NCBI GenBank assembly: GCA_965113315.1
Contig: OZ220365.1
Length of the DNA stretch: 64,000 nt
Strand: one strand, 5' to 3'
Source of the DNA: Podarcis vaucheri
Lineage: Eukaryota
How positions within the stretch are numbered: position 1 is the stretch's first letter; each line of letters opens with the position of its first letter. Below, piece after piece: positions 24,161 through 38,300 of this stretch. Position numbers and translations under genes: made by a program. The notes beneath the pieces are model-generated. The model was not told the DNA's origin, ran no database searches, and worked only from the letters and a program-made list of their open reading frames with translations.

Positions 24161-25639
24161 ATATTGATATGCTATTGGCTGCTATGGTCATTCTTCTTAC
24201 ACATACCAGAAACTATAGCACTCAAATCAACCACAACATGTCATTATTTGTCACCTGTATGCAGAAGCAGTAGTTCAATAATCATGGTGATGAGAACTGA
24301 GTGGACAGGTGGGTGGAGGAATAGACTTACACTCTAGTAATCTTCATAATAGAATGGATTTATCTGTTTTGATTCCAGAGGTCACATTCACTGCAAGTGA
24401 AATACTCAACACCTGGACAGATGCAAATGATCTAATCCATGAGACACAGGCTACATTTCTCTACACTCATAAAGTGCTGCACATGAACTAACATTTATAA
24501 TAAGGAAATGTAACTTTAACCACATTTTGTATGACAAATGTGAGTACATGGTAGTGTATAATATGCAGCATGAGAAATATGAAAAAATAAGACCTATCAA
24601 CACAGCATGGTGTGTCTTTACAGCACTTGAGTCACATTTATTATAAAGGTTTATCATATTAATATCTCACAAAAAAGGAAGAACTAATAAATAATTATTT
24701 TGCTTACTACAATCTATACAAAAACTGATGTAAGAACTATCAAAGGATATTTTCGAGGATATAAGAGAGAAAGAGAGGGTGGGGGGGAGGGAGAGCAAGA
24801 GAAGCTAAGTAAGATAATTTCTTTATACAGTTGACATGATTCGAATCTCACATATGACATATTATCGGTTTTAATATCATACAGAGGCAAAAACAATATA
24901 AATCCCGTACTCATAGCCAAGAACAGAAATCTAATAAGGTTTTGTGAACTTGCTTCTATTTTTCAATAGTTGTTGCCAGTTAAGGCACACTACTATACAT
25001 TTTGCTATCTTTAATATTTTTAAAAATCATGAGTAATCAGACAAGCAGATCCCGACTTCAGAGCATCCCATGTTATTAATTCCAGTTAAGGTTCCCTACT
25101 CATAAAAAAGCCACCCAGATGCAAGGACCCACATGTACAAAAGCATTTTACCATATTTACTCGAATGTAATGTGCACTTTTTTGCCAAATTACATCGCAA
25201 AAATTAGGGTGTGCATTAAATTCGATGGCACATTACATTCAAGTAGATGGTAGGTTTTCAGTACAAGGGGAGGGTGAAGAAGAGCTACAATACACCCCCA
25301 CACACACACACACTTGAACACACAACTGCACCAGTCAAGGACTACCCCTCCCCTATGAATCAGCCCTAACCCATCAATCTTCATTTGAGGTCCTTCTTTT
25401 TGTGTCTCCTCCACATGAGAACTGGTCTTTCCTGTTCTCTCAGGTCTTTGGCTAATTAAACAAAACATGGCCTTTTAAATGGGGGGAGGGGTTGTTTTTT
25501 GTTACTATGATATGTATTTCTGTGTTTTTTATATTGTAAACTGCCCCGTGATCCTTGGATGGAGGGCAGTATGGAAATTTAAATAACAACAATTTAAACA
25601 ACAATGTTTTAATTCACAAGGTGGTTAGATCTCAACTAG

Positions 25640-25975
25640 GGCCAGGGCCTTTTCAGTACTGGCCCCGACTTGGTGGAACGCTCTGTCACAGGAAACTAGG
25701 GCCCTGCGGGACTTGACATCTTTCCACAGGGCCTGTAAGACAGAGCTGTTCTGCCTGGCCTTTGGTTTCGACTCAGTCTGACCCTTATGTTTCCCTCCCC
25801 TTATGGTTTTGATCCATGGGCTACTATTAAAATGAATCTGCATTTTAAATTGTATTTTAACCCATATTTTAAATTGGTCCCCCCCATTATGTTTTTATTG
25901 TAATTTTACTGGTGTTAGCCGCCCTGAGCCCGGCTCTGGCTGGGGAAGGTGGGGTATAAATAAAAAATTATTTTT
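25640..25975 (+). mobile_element. L2-like LINE 3' end (second family)
   Basis: Reverse-complement homology to 29590-30132. Confidence 0.65.
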
Positions 25976-26771
25976 TTAAAAAATATATTTATTATTACTG
26001 CTATACCAATTTTCCAGGATAATTTCAAAGATATAACCAACGTGGGTTCCAAAGATATCTTCCATTAGCTAAGTGAAGGAAGGAGCATTCTTGAATCATG
26101 ACACACACACATACACACAACCACATATGCACAGATAGAGTAAAATAATGGTTGAGGTGGGTTGTGGAGTTGCTTAAGTAGATTGTGTGACTTTCCTCAA
26201 CCAGTGTTTCAGCAGGTGTGGTGGTTATGTGAATGTCCCTATGGTATCCTCATACAGGCGCTGAGGTTGTCTGCAAGGCATTTCCACACAGCGGGGTTAA
26301 TGCCAGTCTTCATGCCACATCTGCAGACATCTTTGTCATGCAGAGTTGGTCCGCATATGAGCCTGGTGCCTGAAGCCCATAGAGCACATCTTTTAGGATC
26401 CTATCATTTTCCCAGGGCTTTTTTTCTAGCCGGAACTCACCAGAACTCCGTTCTGCCACCTCTCAGGTGGTCACCATTGTCATTGTCATTATAAGAGAAC
26501 AAGGGAGGTATTCATGGTGAGTTCCAACACCTCTTTTTCTGGAAAATAACACTGCCTCTTCCATTCCACGGACATGACCAAGCTAGCGTAGACATCATGG
26601 GAATGTGGGCTTCAGAAAGCACATCTTTTTTTGAGATTCTGTCCTGCCATATGTTGCACAAAATCTTCCTGATGCAGCGCATATGAGTAAGAGAGCACAT
26701 CAGTTTCCTGATTTGCAAACTTTGAAATAGGCAGTTCCAAGAGGCTAGAATGAGGGATTCTGTCAGCATGG

Positions 26772-27013
26772 AGAAGAAGAAGAAGAGTTTGGATTTGATA
26801 TCCCGCTTTATCACTACCCGAAGGAGTCTCAAAGTGGCTAACATTCTCCTTTCCCTTCCTCCCCCACAACAAGCACTCTGTGAGGTGAGTGGGGCTGAGA
26901 GACTTCAAAGACGTGTAACTAGCCCAAGGTCACCCAGCAGCTGCATGTGGAGGAGCGGAGACGCGAACCCGGTTCACCAGATTACGAGTCTATCGCTCAT
27001 AACCACTACACCA
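26772..27013 (-). mobile_element. Squam3-like SINE inserted in decayed RTE-like sequence
   Basis: Near-identical to 14306-14553; the flank encodes RTE-like HMRCIRKIL..IW.DRI. Confidence 0.85.
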
Positions 27014-27453
27014 CTCCAGTTCACCCATTTTCTTGCAATGTTACATCCAATTAGGCTTAAAAGATTACTTAATAGTCTTTCTATCTAGCTTAAAAATGGT
27101 GCGGACAACGTACAAACAGCATATCACTTCAGTACTTGCCTGCTCCCTGCTGTTGTTTCTCATTTACCCATTATATAAAAAAAAAATGGCTTAGATCCAG
27201 AGAAGTGCCAGTGGAAGGAGGCTGCCAAAAGTTAAATTGCCTGTCCTCTCCTCTCTCCACCATCCCTTGCCCCCTGCAAAGTCTCCTGAGGGTTGAGGAC
27301 CACTTTTGAATGGTATGAACTGGACTGTGGCGCCTGGCACTGAGCTTTAACTCCATAGGAGGGGCATAGCTGACAGATGACTCTCCAGCACATGTGTTAT
27401 GTACACTGCACAGCTGAGGAACCTTGAATCAATGTCATAGCATCTCAGAGATG

Positions 27454-27604
27454 NNNNNNNNNNNNNNNNNNNNNNNNNNNNNNNNNNNNNNNNNNNNNNN
27501 NNNNNNNNNNNNNNNNNNNNNNNNNNNNNNNNNNNNNNNNNNNNNNNNNNNNNNNNNNNNNNNNNNNNNNNNNNNNNNNNNNNNNNNNNNNNNNNNNNNN
27601 NNNN
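27454..27604. other. Assembly gap
   Basis: Run of N. Confidence 1.
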
Positions 27605-29169
27605 GTATGGATAGCTCAAAAGTAGTGCATATGCTTTTCATCCAAAAACCTCAGGTTTCATCTTTAGCATCTTCAGGTAAGACTGGGGAAAAGATTCCTG
27701 CTTGAATCCCTGGAGAGTCTGTGATCTTCAGTTTAACATAACATCAGTAGAGGAAACTCACAGCTCACATGCATAGAACACTCATGAAAGCAGTTAGATG
27801 CAGGGGAGCTTGCTGAGATAACAAATGAACAGCCTCGGGGTCAAATTAGTTGTTGAGCAGAACATCTGAAAAGTGTGGGTGGAGGAAAAGAGGATACTAT
27901 TTGAAGATTAAGAGAGTTGGTTCCTAGTGAATAGCATTTATGTAGCTCAGAAGTTACAAATACACAAAGAAAGACTTCTCTCAATTTTCTCTTATTTGCT
28001 AGCATCTAGCCATTACAGATACAAGTGGTGTCTCAGTAGTTTATGTTCAGCTGGATTTCCCTAAAGGATTTCAACTTCTTTTTTTGACCACAACAATGTG
28101 GGTAGTTTTCACTGTGCCTGTTCCATTCCGAGGTATCTGATATTGAGCAGGAATAAAGAAGCCCAGTCTTCACTGCTGTCAATCTCTTTCAGTCTTAATA
28201 GATTATGTTTCAAAAGAATTAGGCTGGGATCACCTCAAACCCCTAAGCAGCATTGCACCAAATTGAATGTTCTGCCTTGCTAGCAAAGGCCCCACAAGAC
28301 ATCATCTCAAATTGTAGATTTAGGATGGTGTTGGAAGTATGCAAAACTCTTCGTACATTCTAATAATGCTTTCCTCCTATTTTCCAAATTGATCAGACCT
28401 TTCAGCATAGCACTTTCAGATAGAAATGTTTTATTAAAACTTTTAGGCAACTGGAAGCCATTCACAATGGTCAGCATTATCTGTGAGTAATGTGTCATTA
28501 TTGCACCAGTTCCCTGATACAACCATATATCACCAAAGTGCTATTGCTTTAGTGATGAATTAATGTAATACATCATCAAAATGCCATTATAGTGATGATA
28601 TATTATTCTCTAATATGGCATCAGCTGGCAAAAAGCAAGTCCAGAAAGAGTTGTGCAGAAATGAGGGGGAAACACAAATAAGTTGGGTAGAATTACATTT
28701 TCCCATTCTAAACACATTTCTATAATTTTAATTGAATGACTATAATAATTGATGATATATTTAGATACACAATATTTCCTATGAATGACTAGCAAATTCC
28801 CAAGACTTTTACCTCCACAGTTTGAGGCAGCAATGATTCCAAATAACAGTTTCTGGAAACCACAGGAGAGGAGGGTGCTTTTGCACTCAAATCCTTTTTG
28901 TGGGTTTCGTTCAGGCATCTGGTGGGCCACTGGGAGAACAGGATGCCGGAATACATGGGCCATTGGCCTGATCCAGAAGGCTCTTCTCATGCTCTTTGGA
29001 GTTCAACAACATCTGGAAGCAGAGTTGGATTTAGGGGAGTGCGACCGGTTTGGTTGCACTGGAAACGAGGTCTCTGGGGCACCACAGGGGATGCTGCAAC
29101 TATGATTTAAAATGCAGTATGAGAGGCTGGGAAGCAGGGCATCAGGAAAGAAGTAGATAATAAACTTTT

Positions 29170-29530
29170 TGTTATGTACTGAAGTTCTCACCCTGGGGCA
29201 GTAGGGGGATACTGTAGACAGTTATGCAAATGAAGGATCGAAAGTGACGTTCAGTGATTGGATGGATACTGTAGATAGTTATGCAAATGAAGAATCGAAA
29301 GTGACGTTCAGTGATTGGATGGATACTGTAGATAGTTATGCAAATGAAGAATCGAAAGTGATGTTCAGTGATTGGATAGTTTTAGAAAGTTGCTACAGTA
29401 ACGTTGTACTGGAGCTCTATATAAGCAGGCTGACTGAGCTCTTCAGTTCTGTTCTGTTCTGGCCTCTGAATAAAGAAGAGCTCTTTGAAGAATCACTGTG
29501 TCGTCTGATATGTTCACCCACAACTTAACA
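29170..29530 (+). mobile_element. Solo LTR (361 bp)
   Basis: TGTTA...TAACA ends, 5-bp TSD ctttt on both sides, TATATAA at ~29418, AATAAA at ~29469. Confidence 0.9.
29207..29377 (+). repeat. Three tandem 57-bp units in the LTR U3 region
   Basis: Units start at 29207, 29264 and 29321; each has ATGCAAAT, TGA(C/T)GT and ATTGG. Confidence 0.95.
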
Positions 29531-29544
29531 CTTTTATATTTGTA

Positions 29545-29589
<45 letters not shown>

Positions 29590-29593
<4 letters not shown>

Positions 29594-30132
29594 TATTTTA
29601 TACCCCGCCCTCCCCAGCCAAGACCGGACTCAGGGCGGCTAACACCAGACATAAAACAATTGATTGAAATACAACTTAAAAAACAAGATTAAAATACAAC
29701 ATGAAAATGCAGCCTCATTTCAGCAGAAACTCAAAAACTTTTTTGGGGATGAAAACGTCAAGTCTTCACCAAGGCTAACTATCCAGACTGGTCTTATGTG
29801 GGCCAGAAAAAAGCCAGGGAAGTCCCCGAGTAGGAGTTCCATCACAGAAGGGAAAAGGAAAAAAGAAAGAGGGAGAGCGGGTCAAGTTAATTCCAAGCCA
29901 AAAGCAGGCGGAACAACTCTGTCTTAGAGGCCCTGCGGAAAGAAATCAGATCCTGCAGGGCCCTGGTCTCATGAGACAGAGTGTTCCACCAGGCCGGAGC
30001 CAGTGTTGAAAAGGCCCTGGCTCTGGTTGAGCCTAATCTGACTTCCTTAGGGCCCGGGACCTCTAGGGTGTTGCTATTTATGGACCTTAAGGTCCTCCGT
30101 GGGGCATACCAGGAGAGGCGGTCCTGTAGGTA
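29590..30132 (-). mobile_element. L2-like LINE 3' end
   Basis: YLQDRLSWYAPRRTLRS...RARAFSTLAPAWWN.L is an L2 RT C-terminal signature; adjacent (ATT)n tail. Confidence 0.8.
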
Positions 30133-32057
30133 CATAGGTATACTGGTACATAGGTGAGGATGCTGCTAAAAACTAACTGAAAGGTATGTCTTGCAATGAG
30201 CCTACTTGGATATGAAATACTTTAATTGCAAATACCTTACAATTTCTTAGCATATATGAACCCTCTTCATGTTCAGCAACGCAAGAACAGTTGCACACAA
30301 AGTTTAGCACTTGCTGAACGGAAGATGCAACGTAGCATACACTGAGTACTGTGCACAAGCCATCTAATGTAGTTTTGTGTGTGTGTGTGTGTGTGTGTTT
30401 AGAGGCCCCTCCTGATCAGAGGCTATAAAATTTCATTGTTTGTGCACACACACCCAGCACTGGCCTAATTGACTTCAATGGTACCTGTGCAGGTGTATAT
30501 GTATCCTACTCATGGTGTAAAAGTCACCACATGCCACATCGGTAGAATTCCCTTTGACATAAACTGGTGTTTTACTGAAGCAGTTCTTGATGGATCTTGA
30601 CAAACCCACATGATCATTACTAATGGATCTAACAGCATGCCTGCATGTGTAATCGCATAGATCTCTTTTATGATTTCAGGTTTACAACAGTTTCTATAAA
30701 TACATATAGGAACAGGAAGCAACCCATAAATCCCAATAAATGAATTGTGTTGCTTTATTTCTTAAAAGATATAATATTTAATAAAAATGTATGCACTATA
30801 TCTTTATAGAATATTTCTATCATTAGGTTGCTGTGCTATATTTTTCAATTAAATTTACTAGTGATGAATGGAAGCTAAGCTTGGCATTGTAAAGGAAATC
30901 ACATCGATCACCACAAAAGTTAATATAAAATCTTGGGCAACTCTGGGATAAATTATACAAATGCTATGACAATAATAATATGCCTTGGGGCTATGGCTCT
31001 CAAAACACTTTTTTTAAAAAAAGTTTACACAAGGTCCATTATGCATTAATAGCAAAGCTCTTGAAAAGCAATCTGTTTGGGAAATTACAAATGATAAACC
31101 ATTTTACCTCTACGCCGAGTAAAAATATAAGCGAGGGTATGAGACAGAACCAGCAGCAGAGCAAGCCAATCGAGCGCCTGGGGCCTCTGAGGAGTCTGCC
31201 TGCCTCCTCCCACTCAGCTGCCTTAAAGTTGAGGGGGATGCGGTGGGCAGACTGTCTGGAGCAAAGTGGAGCCTGCGGGCACCCAAGCCACCATGTTACT
31301 CCCAGGAGAGACACATGGCTCGGGACCTGCGGTGAGTGCCACCCGGCATTTTGTCACCACCCTCAGTGGTGACACCCAGGGTGAACCGCCCCCACTACAC
31401 ACCCCTTCCTCCGCCCCTGGACAGAACACAACCCATTCTAAACTGGCAATGTAGGAAAGCAAACCACTGAAGACTTTGACCTCTTTCTTCTCTCTTTTCA
31501 AAAAGCCACATGCAATGCTGGGTTCACTGCAACACACAGGGACCTGTGAACTCCCTCTAGGAACCCCACTCCTGTATCCACCCTCATTGTCTGAGACAGC
31601 CAGTATTTTGTAAGAGGAACTGAAGCACACATTAGACATTTAGGTTTGTGCAGGTCCACAAAGGAACCAGTGCAGAACCAAGCGCTATTAGGTTTTTTTT
31701 TTTTCTGGTTACAAAGACATTTTGATGCATACCATTTCATAGAATGGTACAGCTGGAAGAGACCCCAAGATTCATCTAGTCCAGCTCCCAGCAGAATGCA
31801 GGGATTTCAGCTAAGGCATCCATAACAGATGGTCATCCAACCTCTGCTTAAAAACATCCAAGGAAGGAGAATCCACAACCTTCTGAAGGAGACCATTCCA
31901 GTTAAGTCACCCCAGGTGCAACGTATACATTTAAACAACAGCAACAGCAAAAAACTAGGCTTTTTGCACTGAAAACAAGCCTGGGTGATCACCGTTCAAA
32001 ATCATCACTGAAGCCTCCATGCACAGTGATGACTGGGGGGGGGGGGAGAGCAACATT

Positions 32058-32350
32058 AGGTAAAAGGTAAAAGTAAAGGACACTTGGATGGTGAAGTCCA
32101 GTCAAAGGCGACTATGGGGTGCAGTTCTAATCTTGCTTCAGGCTGAGGGAGCCGGCGTTTGTCCACAGACAGCTTTCTGGGTCATGTGGCCAGCATGACT
32201 AAACCGCTTCTGGCACATGGGGGACCGTGATGAGAGCCAGAGCACATGGAAACACTTTACCTTCCCACCACAGTGGTACCTATTTATCTACTTGCACTGG
32301 TAGATGCCCAAGATGCTCAGTGGTTTAGACCACAGCGCCACCCGCTCCCC
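32058..32350 (-). mobile_element. Sauria SINE with internal deletion
   Basis: Homology to the other copies. Confidence 0.85.
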
Positions 32351-33809
32351 TAACCTTTAAGTAACATTACTTTGTGGGGAGAGGCTAAATGAGTGGTTCC
32401 ACAGACCCTTTCACCACACTTTCCCCTGCTCATGAAGGGGGGTACCCTCTACCTTAGAGGATACATGGCAAAAACTCACTGCTCTGGTGTAGTGGCCAAA
32501 GCCGTTTCCAATAGCAGACTGCCTCAGTGGCCATGGCTGCTTAACAGCTGCTCTTACGTTTTTGCATTTTAACCCCCTTGGCCAAATACATTGCCCGTAC
32601 ATCTTGGAGAAGATTCTCCAAATGCTAGGATTTTCTCACTCTCGGCTAAGGCTCTCAGGGTTTCCCAGTTGATTAATTTAACTGAATATCATGATAGGGA
32701 ATATATGGGTCATACAGCTTGAGCTGTAGAGATCGCCTTCACTCACATTAATACTGCTAAGGTGTTTAGCATTCCATTTAATGAGCACCTCAAAATCATA
32801 TATGCTGGCACTGCAATTATTTTAGCCCATTAAAACCTTTGAGTCCAAATGATGAATATAACATGAAGCAGAACATTTGGGTGGGGCAGTGAGGAATGGG
32901 TGAAGAACTTCTGGACTTTTTATCTTAGAAACAGGAAGTGCTTAAGACTGCTCATTACCATGATTGTAGCAAGCTTCGTGATCTCAAGTAAGAACATGAT
33001 GGATTTGTCTCCTGAGATAGATGGAGTGCGCTTGGCAAATATCTGTAGATACAATACCAGTACTTGGTGGAGTGGGATGGGCAATACTTTTCATGCAAAC
33101 CTACAGCTAACCAGCTGTTTCCTCCCTACACCACACTTTGTCCACCGTATTCTTAGGCACAATTTGGTGAATATTTTACTCTGTTCTAGCACTTTCTGGA
33201 AGTCCTGCTGAAGAACAATGCAAAAAACCACACAATCTTCCAGTGGTCAACCTGTCACCACCTCTTTAATTCCTTGATAAGTGTCTTGGCTCCCGACTGT
33301 AAGAGAAAATGTATGCTGTTTCTTCCCTTTGAACCATTTGAACGTACAGGGTTTAGATGGCAGCAACTTCCACTGCATTAGGTCATGAGGACAAATCCCT
33401 AAGCCACCAAATGTGCTCTGATGTGAACATCCTGTTGGATGTGACATGGAAATCCATGTGTTATAGTAGATTCTTTGGACTAATATGTTCTTCTAAAAAA
33501 TAAAGGAAGGAGGAGGGATGGCCAAAGGGTGTTTTTGGAAGGGCTGCAGCTCAGTCATAAAGCAGTTGCTCTGAACAGGTTCCAGATTCAATCCCCAGCA
33601 TCTCTAGGTAGGCTGGGAGTGTCTGAATCCCTGGAGAGCTACTACTGTCATCATGGACAATACTGAGCTATATGAATTAATGGTCTGGTTCGAGATAAGG
33701 CAGCTTCCTGCATTCCTCTGCATAAACTTAGTCTGGGCTGATAACTTTTGATGCCTAATCATTTGACCACCGCAGGTTCTCCATGGATTCACATTAAATT
33801 ACACTACAT

Positions 33810-34249
33810 CAATGGTTTTCAACCAGTGTGCCGTGGCACCCTGGGGTGTCTTGACTGATGGTCAAGGGTGCCATGGGCAACACTGGTCTCTGTCCCTCTT
33901 TCCTTCTCTCCCTCCTCTGATGCCCTCTCACACCTGTGCCTCTCAAAAGCTTCCAGTTGTTTGTTGCAGAAGCTCCAGCTGCAAGCTCCCCAGGCAAATG
34001 GTGCTCTGGGACTGGCCAGGGGGTGCTTCCCAGGCCCCTGTGCAGGAGGCACCCCTCTTTGGGGCGGGGGAGGGAGTTCAGAGACCAGGGGCAGCAGCAG
34101 CACCTACTTAGAGGACTCCCAAAGAGAGGGGAGAAGAGAGGAGACTGAGGGAATGCTCCGCAAGGGAGGGTGTTTGAAAAAGGGTGAGAGGCTGCTAGTT
34201 CTGTAGTTGGCTAAGGGAGCCGTGGACCCAAAGAGTTTGAAAACCTCTG
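33810..34249. mobile_element. hAT non-autonomous DNA transposon
   Basis: CAATGGTTTTCAA ... TTGAAAACCTCTG TIRs; 8-bp TSD cactacat/tactacat. Confidence 0.8.
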
Positions 34250-35033
34250 TACTACATTGTTGATTTAATCAATATAGCTTCTCAAAATAAATCTAAAATG
34301 AAAGGTTTGCTCACACATTACATTGAACACAGATACAAGCTGTCTCTACATATGTGCAAGTGTTTCTGCAAAAGAGTTACCCTTGTTGATTTGTACAACT
34401 ATTTATGTGCAGGAGGTACACAGCTTGTATACTCATTGGATGAATCACATGAAGACCCCAAAAGAAGTCACTGTGTGGAAGCAACAAATGTATGGCTTAT
34501 AATCCAGTGCTCTTTATCACACTTCCATATAAAATATTATCTTTTATTGGGAGGCCTCAATTTCTCCTTATGCATGCCATGCATACAGTAAACCATGGAT
34601 GCTTCAAAAGCTCAGTTGCATTAGAGAAGCAGATTTCAAATTCAGCTCAACTCTTGTTGTACGCCATGAAATATCAAGCCACACTGACTGCATCAGTGAA
34701 GCTCAGCAGGCCAACAGTGCCTTAGCTGAGCAAACTTCAAAGCTGACTGATGACTTAATAAAATGCTGCTGCATACCCATGATGCTGATATAGAGAATAT
34801 CTTGCACGGTGCATTTCAACCTTTGGAACTTCTGACTGAAAGATGGAGGGGAAGAAATGGAGAGAGATTGCAGGGTGACTTTCAATGAAAGTGGGAGGAC
34901 TTTGTGTTACACAGGAACGTTTACTGAAACCTCTCATCTGTTCGCTCACATCAAAGCAAAGAAACAACTGGACAGACTTTGGCTGTGTACACACCGTACA
35001 TTCAGTGCTGTTAAACGGCGTCTAATATCCCAG

Positions 35034-35394
35034 ATGCGGATGGCGCTGTGGTCTAAACCACAGAGCCTAGGGCTTGCCAGTCAGAAGGTTGGCGGTTCAA
35101 ATCCCCGCGATGGGGTGAGCTCCTGTTGCTCAGTCCCAGCTCCTGCCAACCTAGCAGTTCGAAAGCACATCAAAGTGCAAGTAGATAAATAGGTACCACT
35201 CCGGTGGGAAGGTAAACGGCGTTTCCATGCACTGCTCTGGTTTCACCAGAAGTGGCTTAGTCATGCCAGCCACATGACCCGGAAAAACTGTCTGCGGACA
35301 AACATTGGTTACCTCGTCCAGTAAAGCGAGATGAGCACCACAACCCCAGAGTCATTTGTGACTGGACTTATCTGTCAGGGGTCGTTTACCTTTT
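35034..35394 (+). mobile_element. Sauria SINE
   Basis: Full length; TSD-like taa(t/c)atcccaga. Confidence 0.9.
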
Positions 35395-38300
35395 AACATC
35401 CCAGAGCATGTGCAAAGTGGCTTAACGTTACCGTTAAGTAACCACATCCAGTTCTAATACAATTAGGATCGGCGATAAAGGATTAAAGGACAGGGGGATT
35501 GAAGCAGTGCATAATTTATGCCGCTACACATTTTTCTTCCAATAAACTCATAGGTGGTGTACACAGAGTTGTCCTTTGCCCTTTTATCTTCACAACAACC
35601 CTGTGAGGAACTTTGGCTGAGAGAGAATTACTGGCCTGAGACCAGCCAGCCAGCCCCAAGGCCGAGTGGAGAACTGAACCCCCATCAACTACCGGTAGGT
35701 CCTATTCCAACTCTCCGTGAACAACTGGAGTAGTCAGGGAAGGGGTGCCCAACTAGCCTCAAACAAAGCTATTTTCTAAAAAGGCAAAAGCGGAAATGGA
35801 GGGAAGGATTTGTGGCCCTCCCGGAGCTTACAATCTAGGAAATGACACCAGGCTGAGAACTGTGGGTCTGGTCAGAGCTTCAGGGGGGCAATTTAGATTG
35901 AGGAAATGAGTTAGGGAAAATGGGTTATATACATCCCAGAGCAACTGGAGTCTTAGAGCTTAAAAACTATCACATATGGCCTGTCCTAAATGTCTAATAA
36001 AAATTATTTCAAAACAAAAACAAGAAACAAAGCTTGCCACAGCCTTGGTGTGAAGCAAGACAGGAAAGCGAATTTGCGTTCTTGATGAGCAATAACTTAG
36101 AGGCGAGAACGAACACTACAAATTTTTTATTTTATTTGAATATGCATAGAGTGCACAATCTGGTCGAGACAGACCTCCTCACAAAACACCCTCCTCCAAG
36201 CCCACTCAAGCGATATATGGCAAGTCTGTCTTCCATTATTCTTCCCTCATATGAAACTTGCTTCAGTACCTCTCCAGTTCGTGGCCTCAGCTGTGTTATC
36301 TCAGTAGCCATCTGGCATTCAGACGTATAAGGCGAGGACATCGTCTAAGGAACAATGGTATCATTTAAGTCAACGGAGCTGTTTTTTCTTTTATCATCAT
36401 CAGCCGAAGAATTGTGTTATTGGCCTCTAAACAATTGTGACTAATTAGAATCCTTGCTGGATATCCGAGGAGAAGATGGGTAGAATGACAGCAGATATAA
36501 AAAAGCAAGCGGCTCGGCCAATAGGAACATTGCCACAGAGAGAGGCTGCATCTGGATTCAGGCAGCTCTGGCTTCTCATGCACTGACCTATAAAAGCAGA
36601 GGATAGCAAGATTACTGAACGCTGCTGGCCAGGAAAATGGAAGAACCAAATCAATTTAGGGATGTGCTGATTTAACCCTCTGCTTTTGGGGAGATTGGAG
36701 TTTGGTTCAAGTGAAATTTAGGAACATGTGTGGCACATTATTATTCTTGAATGAGATGGTGTCCTGGAATTATACTAAAAAGAACAAAACAAGCTAAAAG
36801 CTTAAAACAAGCAGCAAGTGCAGCAAAGCAGCCTACAGGGTTGACTGGTTTCTTAGGTTTAGATTTAAAGGATAAGATTGCCATAGCAAATGTTGCAAAG
36901 TCATTAGCTTTCCCCTCTTTGCTTTCTACCAGAACATCAACCAAAAGTAAGAGATCAAAACTGGATATATTTCTGGACTAAACGTTTCAGAAGGCAATCC
37001 TGCAGATGGGTGATGGAAGAATAATTTTTGTCTCCTCGAAAGGCTCATCCTTTGAACCTGAACTCAAGAGAACACTCAGCTGTATATGTGCCTTGGCTGA
37101 ATTTTCCATTCGTTTTAAGTTTTGATATATTTTGTTCTTCAGAGCATAAATCCATTCCAACACCGAGAAGAATGAGAATGACACCATGTCACATCAAACA
37201 AGAGACTGGTCTTCACTTCGATGCACAAATAAAGCTTCTGGATGTGAGGGCGTCTCCATTTGCATCGGCTGATGGGGAATCTAGCCAACACTCCTTTGGA
37301 GAGGATATGTCAGTGGGCAACTGGAGCCCACAACCTCAGAGAATAAATATATTGGGACAAATTGTACCCAGCAGTGGATGGAATGGTGTGGCCGTGCTGC
37401 ACACCTCTCTGCTCTCTGGCTGAATCACTGCAGCACACCAGGACAGAGAGGGAGAGGGACAACAGCAGTGGTGAGGCTGGTGCGGTGCAAACATGCAAGC
37501 AGAGCCAATCCAGTGCTCTTGCCAGCGCATTAGAACAGCACCAGCGGTTGGATGGCCATCTGTCATGGATGCTTTAGCTGAGATTCCTTCATTACAGGGG
37601 GTTGGACAAAATGACCTTTCAGGTCCCTTCCAACTCTACAGTTCTACGATTCTATGAATCCCCCCCCCCAACCACACTATTCCAATGAGGCTTCCACTCG
37701 CTTCTGCTATTGGAAGAATTTCTTCAGTCTGAGCAAAAACTGGCTTAAATTCTGTGCCCTCCAGAAAAGCTGCTCTGGGGCACTAAGAGATCCTTCATAA
37801 CAGTGTGCAAGGTGGCACAGGAACAACAGAAGGAACATGGGGATTGGAGAAACCTACCTCCATTGAATGCCTCTAATGGTTTGGAGTCCCTTTGGCAAAC
37901 TGAAGGAGCTCTTCCATTTGCATAATTTGTTTTTTAAAAAATCAATGAAAAGCAATAATGTTTATTCTGTCACATTTATACAAGGTGACTAGGCATTTAT
38001 CAAACAGGGCTGCCTAGAAATGCATGCTTTTGAAGATATACTAAAATGCAATGAAACTGTGGTACATTTAATAGATCTATCCACACACGTTATACCTGAA
38101 CACAGCAATAGTTCCAGACCTACCCAGATGCTTTCAAAACTGATTTACGGCAGTGGAAAATGTAGCCTAAATTCCACTAATATAGCATTTAATATTAGTG
38201 CAAACCATGTGGTTATTACTCTATTATTATGCCATAATGTATATTTTATGGCAAAACCAACAGAAAGGGTTTTGAATATTAATAATAGCATTTTCCCAGG

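Noticed and set aside
29207-29377. CRISPR-like repeat array
   Set aside because: Head-to-tail units with no unique spacers, in a eukaryotic LTR context.
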